Assembly: GCA_002269645.1 (NCBI GenBank)
Contig: NIVC01004743.1
Coordinates: forward strand, 1 to 36,450
Direction of reading: 5' to 3'
DNA: 36,450 nt
Origin: Macrostomum lignano
Lineage: Eukaryota
The translations under genes and the position numbers were made by a program. Position 1 is the stretch's first letter. Every line of letters begins with the position of its first letter. Positions 1 through 8,230 of this stretch are shown here, piece after piece. The notes under the pieces are model-generated. The model was not told the origin of the DNA. It searched no databases and saw only the letters and a program-made list of their open reading frames with translations.

Positions 1-2
1 GA

Positions 3-1103
3 GGGGTCGCCTTTTTTGAGATGAATGACGTGGACTTTGTTGCTGGCCTGGTGGCCGCAGCCGAGCAGCCGCTGCCAGACGGAGCCAGCCTGCGCCTGCG
101 GCCCTGCGACGGCGCCGACGGTAGGCGATTCGAACTTCGGACTTCCGGCTGCGACTGTCGCCTGTTTGGCGCCTCCGAGCTCAGCTACTGCATGTGGGAG
201 GGGGAGGCGGTGCAGGTGAGAGCTCAGCTACTGCATGTGGGAGGGGGAGGCGGTGCAGGTGAGAGCTCAGCTACTGCATGTGAGAGGGAGAGGCGGTGCA
301 GGTGAGAGCTCAGCTACTGCATGTGGGAGGGGGAGGCGGTGCAGGTGAGAGCTCAGCTACTGCATGTGGGAGGGGAGGCGGTGCAGGTGAGAGCTCAGCT
401 GCTGCATGTGGGAGGGGGAGGCGGTGCAGGTGAGAGCTCAGCTACTGCATGTGGGAGGGGGAGGCGGTGCAGGTGAGAGCTCAGCTACTGCATGTGAGGG
501 GAGAGGCGGTGCAGGTGAGAGCTCAGCTACTGCATGTGGGAGGGGGAGGCGGTGCAGGTGAGAGCTCAGCTACTGCATGTGGGAGGGGGAGGCGGTGCAG
601 GTGAGAGCTCAGCTACTGCATGTGGGAGGGGGAGGCGGTGCAGGTGAGAGCTCAGCTACTGCATGTGGGAGGGAGAGGCGGTGCAGGTGAGTGCTCATAG
701 GAGGCTTGAGCACAGGAGATGCAGAAACCCGTCAGCTTCCACTGCCAACCCCCAGATCGACTTGTCGGCCGAGAGGCCGGTCTGCGCTGCCGCATCGGAG
801 TGCGGCGCCGTCAGCTCCGCCTCGCTGAAGTGCCTGATGGGCCGCCTGCTGCAGCTGGCCGCTGCCGACAAGCCCACCCTACCGTCGCCGCATATCGTGT
901 GGGTTGACACCGTCGCCAACCGACCGACTTCCGGCGGACTCGATGACCTGCTGATGCGCGCCGGCTTCGAGAACAACACGGCCAATGAAGGCTGGCTGAT
1001 CTGCCTGCTGGCCGGCCGGCCGCTGCACCTGCTGGCCAACAGGCCGCTGAACTGCCGCCTGCACCCGGAGCTGGCCGGCTGCCCGGATTCACTGTCTGAC
1101 TGA
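3..1103 (+). CDS. GNAT/SSAT-like two-domain protein, paralog 1 (5'-partial; exons <3..215 and 756..1103)
   Basis: The frame is open from the window edge (GVAFFEMNDVDFVAG... aligns to IGFFELWPAKFVNS of paralog 2). Donor CAG|GTGAG at 216, acceptor CCCCCAG| at 755, phase 0. The spliced product SYCMWEGEAVQ|IDLSAERPVC...NEGWLICLLAG aligns with paralogs 2-4. Stop TGA at 1101-1103. Confidence 0.85.
180..692 (+). repeat. 43-bp tandem repeat (~12 copies) made of the exon 3' end plus the splice donor
   Basis: Unit CTCAGCTACTGCATGTGGGAGGGGGAGGCGGTGCAGGTGAGAG. GT donors at 216, 259, 302, 345, 387, 430, 473, 515, 558, 601, 644, 687. Confidence 0.95.
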
Positions 1104-1110
1104 GAGAGAT

Positions 1111-1518
1111 GTGAGAGTCCTGATCCCCACTGTGAGAGGCCTGATCCCCACTGTGAAAGTCCTGATCCCCACTGTGAGAGTCCTGATCCCCACTGTGAGA
1201 GTTCTGATCCCCACTGTGAGAGTCCTGATCCCAATGTGAGAGTCTTGATCCCCACTGTGAGAGTCCTGATCCCCACTGTGAGAGTCCTGATCCCCACTGT
1301 GAGAGTCCTGATCCCCACTGTGAGAGTCCTGATCCCCACTTTGAGAGTCCTGATCCCCAATGTGAGAGTCCTGATCCCCACTATGAGAGTCCTGATCCCC
1401 ATTGTGAGAATCCTGATCCCCACTGTGAGAGTCCTGATCCCACTTTGAGAGTCCTGATCCCCATTGTGAGAGTCCTGATCCCCAATGTGAGAGTCCTGAT
1501 CCCCACTGTGAGAGTCCT
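1111..1518. repeat. 21-bp minisatellite, ~19 copies
   Basis: Unit GTGAGAGTCCTGATCCCCACT, beginning ~8 nt after the paralog 1 stop codon. Confidence 0.95.
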
Positions 1519-1949
1519 GTTTACTCATTATCTCCTTATCTCTGATCACAGGTCATCTTAGGGTTCGAGTCCTGACTTTACAGTTGGACCAACGCTAATC
1601 TTCAGTATTTGATTTACTTCTATACTACTATGAGTAGGTTCCGCTTATTCTGGTAATCTTTTATGCAAACTTTAACACAGATCTATCGCTTAGCAGCTCA
1701 AACTAAATCGCTGTTTTAATATATCCTTTTATGCTTAAATTTTAACACTTACACATTGCTCTAACAGTAGTGCGCTGTGCCTAATCCAGTGTAGCTCTCT
1801 TAACGTATCAAGCACTCTACTAACTGATCGCTTGCTGTGCTTAATATGTTCAACTTTATTTTCTGACTTTAACCTGTTTCTTAACAGAAGTTTTAGTTTT
1901 TTGTGGCACTAACCTACCTCACATTACATGCAATGTCCTTGATTCTTGA

Positions 1950-2910
1950 CCCTTGACTAATGAACCATCCTTGTCTCTTATGAACCATCCTTGACTCTTA
2001 TGACCCATCATTGACTCTTATGACCCATCATTGACTCTTATGACCCATCATTGACTCTTATGAACCATCCTTGACTCTTATGACCATCCTTGATTCTCAT
2101 GACCCATCATTGACCCTTATGACTCATCCTTGATTCTCATGACCCATCATTGACTCTTATGAACCATCTTTGACTCTTATGACCCATCCTTGACTCTTAT
2201 GACCCATCATTGACTCTTGTGACCCATCATTGACTCTTATGACCCATCATTGACTCTTATGAACCATCCTTGACTCTTATGACCCATCATTGACTCTTAT
2301 TAACCATCCTTGACTCTTATTAACCATCCTTGACTCTTATGACCCATCCTTGATTCTCATGACCCATCATTGACCCTTATGACCCATCCTTGATTCTCAT
2401 GACCCATCATTGACTCTTATGACCCATCATTGACTCTTATGACCCATCATTGACTCTTATGACCCATCATTGACTCTTATAAATAATCTTTGACTCTTAT
2501 GACCCATCCTTGACTCTTATAAACCATCCTTGACTCTTATGACCATCCTTGATTCTCATGACCCATCATTGACCCTTATGACCCATCCTTGATTCTCATG
2601 ACCCATCATTGACTCTTATGACCCATCATTGACTCTTATGACCCATCATTGACTCTTATGACCCATCATTGACTCTTATAAATAATCTTTGACTCTTATG
2701 ACCCATCCTTGACTCTTATAAACCATCCTTGACTCTTATGAACCATCCTTGATTCTCATGACCCATCCTTGATTCTCATGACCCATCATTGACCCTTATG
2801 ACCCATCCTTGATTCTCATGACCCATCATTGACCCTTATGACCCTTCCTTGATTCTCATGACCCATCATTGACCTTATGACCCATCCTTGATTCTTTTGA
2901 CCCATCCATG
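1950..2910. repeat. 20-bp minisatellite, ~47 copies
   Basis: Unit TGACCCATCATTGACTCTTA with variants (TGATTCTCA, TGAACCATCC). Confidence 0.95.
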
Positions 2911-3064
2911 GCAAGACGTATTTAACTCACCACAATACACGCAAAATTTACTGTCTGCAGCTAATTCTACTTTTAGTAGGCTGTTGCGCCTAGCAAGTCA
3001 AAATGCTTAGAATAAAAAATTATTATTATTAACAACATCCCGCATTTGCAGTCAGCCGGTTGCC

Positions 3065-4359
3065 ATGGAAACTCAGATACAAATTAGACGCGGCACGGCG
3101 GACGACATCGAGGCGGTGGCCGCGCAGGAGCTGGAGCTGGCGAACAGCCACAATGGCATGCAGCTGTACTGCCGGATCGAGTGCGATGAGCACCACCGGA
3201 TGCTGCTGGCCGGCCTGCTCAAACTGCTGGTCGCCGCCGACTGCCAGTCCGGCCGGGTGGTCGGCTTCCTGCTGTACACGCCGTCTTACATGCACAGCCA
3301 GCCCGAGCCCGGCTTCTATGTGCAGAGCCTCTTTGTGGAGCTGGACTACCGGCGGCACAGGGTGAGGCTTCTTGGGGTCCTCAGTGATTGGGCCGCTGCC
3401 TCATTTGGGTCCTCAGTGACTGGGCCGCTGCCTCATTCGGGTCCTCAGTGATTGGGCCGCTGCCTCATTCGGGTCCTCAGTGACTGGGCCACTGCCTCAT
3501 TCGGGTCCTCAGTGACTGGGCCGCTGCCTCATTCGGGTCCTCAGTGACTGGGCCGCTGCCTCATTCGGGTCCTCAGTGACTGGGCCGCTGCCTCATTCGG
3601 TCATCAGTGATTGGGCCGCCAAATCTCGCTGGACCAACTGCAACTCTGGTTGGCAACCCGCAGGTCGGCCAGTCGCTGCTGGCCACGCTGGGCCGCCTCG
3701 CCGCCTCCTCCGGCTTCGGCCACCTGAAGCTGCTGGTGCAGCGCAGCAACGCGCCGGCCGTGAACTGCTACAGACGTCTGGGGTTCGAATTCCTGAGCGA
3801 TACGGAGAACATCGGCTTCTTCGAGCTGTGGCCGGCCAAGTTCGTGAACTCGATGCTTCGGGCGGGTCGCCGGCCGCTGCCCGCCGGCCTCAGCCTGGAG
3901 CTGCGGGACTGCGACGGCCGGCTGTCGGGCGGGCTGGAGGCCGGGCGGCGGTTCGCCCTGACCTGCGCGGCCTGCGACTGCCGCCTTCAGGGCACCGCGG
4001 CGCTCACCTACTGCATGTGGGACGGCTGCATCATGCTGGCCGACCTGCGGCTGGTGCGGCCCGCCTGCGCCCAGCGGCCCTGCCAGCTGCTGAGCGTCGC
4101 CAATCTGAAGCGGCTGCTGGGCCGCCTGGCACTCAGCCTGGCTGCGTCGCCAAGGCGGCTTTGGCTGGAGGCGCCTCGGCAGCAGACCGAGCTGCACCGG
4201 ATGCTGCTGCACACCGGACTGGAGGACTTGGACGGCCGCCACGACGGAGACTGGGTCGTCTGCGCGCTGCGGGGCGCCCAGCTCTGCGGCCTGGCGGAGC
4301 GGCAAGTCGCGGATCATTTTGTGATTGAGGCCGACTGTGCTGCGCCTGCGATTCTGTAG
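3065..4359 (+). CDS. GNAT/SSAT-like two-domain acetyltransferase, paralog 2 (exons 3065..3361, 3664..4359; 330 aa)
   Basis: IRRGTADD...ELA...VVGFLLY...FYVQSLFVELDYRRHR|VGQSLL...LKLLVQRSNAPAVNCYRRLGF is a GNAT fold resembling SAT1/SAT2. Donor AGG|GTGAGG at 3362, acceptor CCGCAG| at 3663, phase 0. The second half has TYCMWDG and GLEDL...DW motifs of a second SSAT-like domain. Confidence 0.88.
3375..3618. repeat. 32-bp intronic minisatellite, ~7.5 copies
   Basis: Unit GGGTCCTCAGTGACTGGGCCGCTGCCTCATTC fills most of the paralog 2 intron. Confidence 0.95.
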
Positions 4360-4900
4360 TGTGCTCAGCAGTGTGCTCAGCAGTGTGCTCAGCAGTGTGC
4401 TCAGCAGTGTGCTCAGTAGTGTGCTCAGCAGTGTGCTCAGCAGTGTGCTCAGTAGTTTGCTCAGCAGTGTGCTCAGCAGTGTGCTTAGTAGTGTGCTCAG
4501 CAGTGTGCTCAGCAGTGTGCTCAGCAGTGTGCTTAGTAGTGTGCTCAGCAGTGTGCTCAGCAGTGTGCTTAGTAGTGTGCTCAGCACTGTGCTCAGCAGT
4601 GTGCTCAGTAGTGTGCTCAGCAGTGTGCTCAGTAGTGTGCTCAGCAGTGTGCTCAGCAGTGTACTCAGTAGTGTGCTCAGCACTGTGCTCATCAGTGTGC
4701 TCAGCAGTGTGCTCAGCACTGTGCTCAGCCGTGTGCTCAGCAGTGTGCTCAGTAGTGTGCTCAGTAGTGTGCTCAGTAGTGTGCTCAGCAGTGTACTCAG
4801 TAGTGTGCTCAGCACTGTGCTCATCAGTGTGCTCAGCAGTGTGCTCAGCACTGTGCTCAGCCGTGTGCTCAGCAGTGTGCTCAGTAGTGTGCTCAGCAGT
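4357..4900. repeat. 12-bp minisatellite, ~45 copies
   Basis: Unit AGCAGTGTGCTC (variant AGTAGTGTGCTC). The first unit overlaps the TAG stop of paralog 2. Confidence 0.95.
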
Positions 4901-5651
4901 GATGCTGAGTTTATTTGCAGTATTGTTTGCAGTTTGCACTAAACCCAGCGTTTATAATCTGGTTGTACTGATTTTATCTATCGAACGCTCTTTCACGCAA
5001 TGGCAATATTTTTTGTATTTCAAGTTGTGAGAGAAACTCTTTTGCAAACCTTTTTTAGCCTCTCTGCTCTCCATCTTTGATTGCGGGACATTGCAACCCT
5101 TCAAAATGCTTTTGTACTTTTGTACAGTATATATATACACTGATTGTACGTATTGCTAGCGACCAGATCCCACACCTTGCTGCTATATCCTACTGCCAAG
5201 TCTCAATCCCCTACCCCCGCACCGGTAAGAAATTCTTTTGTTTGCCCTCAAGTGCAGAGTCTGAGAAGCAGCTCAGAATTGGGAAAGCAGAGTGACGCGC
5301 GGGCTCGCGGAACCGCCTTTTGTCCAAATAAATTTCCTGCTACCTGTCTGATGCAACTGTTAACAATTCAACTATCCGTTGTCCCCAATCGGATGTACTT
5401 TTATTTTGATTAGATTTTATTACCATAAGCAGTACAAATCCTGCGCTGTGCAATAAATTTACTTGTCTGATTAGCTTAGAAAATTGTAATTTTTTTTAGC
5501 TGAGTGCATCGCTTTATTGTATCAAATATCATTAGATATGTTATCCACACAGGCGTGGCAAACTGCAGTTTGTCGTTCGTGTTTTTGTCTGCTCAAGTGA
5601 TTGTATCATTTTCACTGCTATGCCAATGTTTTACAGTTCTCTCTGGTGTCG

Positions 5652-5950
5652 TGCGGGATCTTTTAGGGTGAGATTGTGGGATCTTTTAGGGTGAGATTGT
5701 GGTATATTTTAGGGTGAGATTGTGGATCTTTTAGGGTGAGATTGTGGGATCTTTTAGGGTGAGATTGTGGGATCTTTTCAGTGAGATTGTGGGATCTTTT
5801 AGTGTGAGATTGTGGGATCTTTTAGGGTGAGATTGTGGGATCTTTTAGGTGAGATTGTGGTATATTTTAGGGTGAGATTGTGGATCTTTTAGTGAAATTG
5901 TGGGATCCTTAGGAAGTGAGATTGTGGGATCTTTAGGGAGATTGTGGGAT
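5652..5950. repeat. ~23-bp minisatellite, ~13 copies
   Basis: Unit GGGTGAGATTGTGGGATCTTTTA with indel variants. Confidence 0.9.
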
Positions 5951-6120
5951 ATTTTGGTATGATATTTCGGGGTCTTGGATGCAGCTTTCAAAGGATCTTG
6001 TCAGAACACATCTTGAGCACCTGATCAGTGAAATTTAGGCCAGATTTTGCTTTAAAAAATTTACTGGCTAAAACTTTTCATTCGTTTCTGCATCCGTTGC
6101 CCTAAAACTTTTCCAGCAAA

Positions 6121-7224
6121 ATGTCTGTTGCCATGGTGACTGGCAGTTGCGGCCAGCCGGCCCAGCCAGCGCTGCTCATCAGGCAGGGCGCCCGGAGGAC
6201 CTCCTGGAGGCCGCCGAGCTGGAGGAGGAGCTGGCAGCCTGCCATGACGGCATGCAGCTGTACAGCCGCTGCAGCGCCGTCGAGCACCGCCTCATGATGC
6301 TGGCCGGCCTGCTCAGGCTGCTGGTCGCGGTTGCTATGGCAACCGGCCGGATTGTGGGCTTCGTCCTGTACACCGTGTCTCACGTGTCCCAGCAGGACCT
6401 GCCAGGCCTCTACGTGCAGAGCCTCTTTGTTGACGGGGCTTACCGGAGACACCGGGTGAGTACCGGGTCAGGGATGCTGCGAGTTGTCACTGATTGCAAA
6501 TGGGAATTATTTAATCCTGAGCCTCATCATCCATCTACATCCCACCTGCTGCAGGTCGGCCAGTCGCTGCTGGCCACGCTGGGCCGCCTCGCCGCCTCCT
6601 CCGGCTTCGGCCACCTGAAGCTGCTGGTGCAGCGCAGCAACGCGCCGGCCGTGAACTGCTACAGACGTCTGGGGTTCGAATTCCTGAGCGATACGGAGAA
6701 CATCGGCTTCTTCGAGCTGTGGCCGGCCAAGTTCGTGAACTCGATGCTTCGGGCGGGTCGCCGGCCGCTGCCCGCCGGCCTCAGCCTGGAGCTGCGGGAC
6801 TGCGACGGCCGGCTGTCGGGCGGGCTGGAGGCCGGGCGGCGTTCGCCCTGACCTGCGCGGCCTGCGACTGCCGCCTTCAGGGCACCGCGGCGCTCACCTA
6901 CTGCATGTGGGACGGCTGCATCATGCTGGCCGACCTGCGGCTGGTGCGGCCCGCCTGCGCCCAGCGGCCCTGCCAGCTGCTGAGCGTCGCCAATCTGAAG
7001 CGGCTGCTGGCCGCCTGGCACTCAGCCTGGCTGCGTCGCCAAGGCGGCTTTGGCTGGAGGCGCCTCGGCAGCAGACCGAGCTGCACCGGATGCTGCTGCA
7101 CACCGGACTGGAGGACTTGGACGGCCGCCACGACGGAGACTGGGTCGTCTGCGCGCTGCGGGGCGCCCAGCTCTGCGGCCTGGCGGAGCGGCAGGTCGAC
7201 AGCAACATCCTGGTTGCCGTGTAG
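6121..7224 (+). pseudogene. GNAT/SSAT-like paralog 3, frameshifted (exons ~6121..6455, 6555..7224); pseudogene or assembly errors
   Basis: Exon 1 is homologous to paralogs 2 and 4 but has a 1-nt deletion at ~6190 (LIRQG-x-PEDLL). Exon 2 is identical to paralog 2 exon 2 except single-G deletions at ~6840 and ~7010. Donor CGG|GTGAGT at 6456, acceptor TGCAG| at 6554. Repaired length ~335 aa. Confidence 0.8.
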
Positions 7225-7225
7225 C

Positions 7226-7510
7226 CAGTCTGTAATACTGTCAGTCCGTAATACTGTCTGTCTGTAATACTGTCAGTCTGTAATACTGTCTGTCTGTAAT
7301 ACTGTCAGTCTGTAATACTGTCAGTCTGTAATACTGTCAGTCTGTAATACTGTCAGTCTGTAATACTGTCTGTCTGTAATACTGTCAGTCTGTAATACTG
7401 TCTGTCTGTAACACTGTCAGTCTGTAATACTGTCAGTCTGTAATAATACTGTCAGTCTGTAATACTGTCAGTCTGTAATAATACTGTCAGTCTGTAATAC
7501 TGTCTTTCTG
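7226..7510. repeat. 16-bp minisatellite, ~17 copies
   Basis: Unit CAGTCTGTAATACTGT, starting 1-2 nt after the paralog 3 stop. Confidence 0.95.
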
Positions 7511-7876
7511 TGACACAGGCTTTAATACTGAAAGCTTGCAGCTACTACAGACTTGCACTGTCCATATTTCTTCATAATTAATTTGTATTGCGACTTTCTT
7601 ACTGTATTGCGATTTGCGATTGCGATGTGTTTTACCTTTACTTCAATCAAGCCAGCTGTCTTCGTTTACAGTTCATCAAGTGCTTTTCCAACCAGTTTTT
7701 TTATTCGCTCGATAATCCTGAGATCATTCCTTTGAGCAGATTTTTCTTGACAACTGATTACAGAATGAATTAGATTTTTTAATTCACCTTTTTATCTATT
7801 TTTTTATCCCGATTTGTTTCTTTGGTATCCTTTTATTTTTACTTTTTCGTAAAGCTTTAGTGGGCAGTAAGTGTAG

Positions 7877-7894
7877 GCGTAGTTGTAGTAGTAT

Positions 7895-7993
<99 letters not shown>

Positions 7994-7994
7994 C

Positions 7995-8031
<37 letters not shown>

Positions 8032-8192
8032 CTAGTAGTAGTAGTAGTAGTATTAGTAGTGTAGTAGTAGTAGTATAGTAGTAGTTAGTATAGTAGTAGT
8101 AAATTATAGTAGTAGTTAGTATAGCAGTAGTATATTATAGTAGTAGTTAGTATAGCAGTAGTATATTATAGTAGTAGTTAGTATAGTAGTAG
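7877..8192. repeat. (AGT)n microsatellite degrading into AGTAGTTAGTAT variants
   Basis: Long pure AGT run ending ~40 nt upstream of the paralog 4 ATG. Confidence 0.95.
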
Positions 8193-8230
8193 TCAGCAGC
8201 AGCCATATATTTCACCGCCACCCCGAATTC

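Noticed and set aside
180-692. 43-bp array (and the 23/33/36-bp arrays) as CRISPR arrays
   Set aside because: The units are contiguous with no unique spacers, there are no cas genes, and the context is eukaryotic and spliced.
5652-5950. TTTAGGG (plant-type telomere motif) in the 23-bp array
   Set aside because: It occurs once per unit within a longer unrelated monomer and is never tandem.
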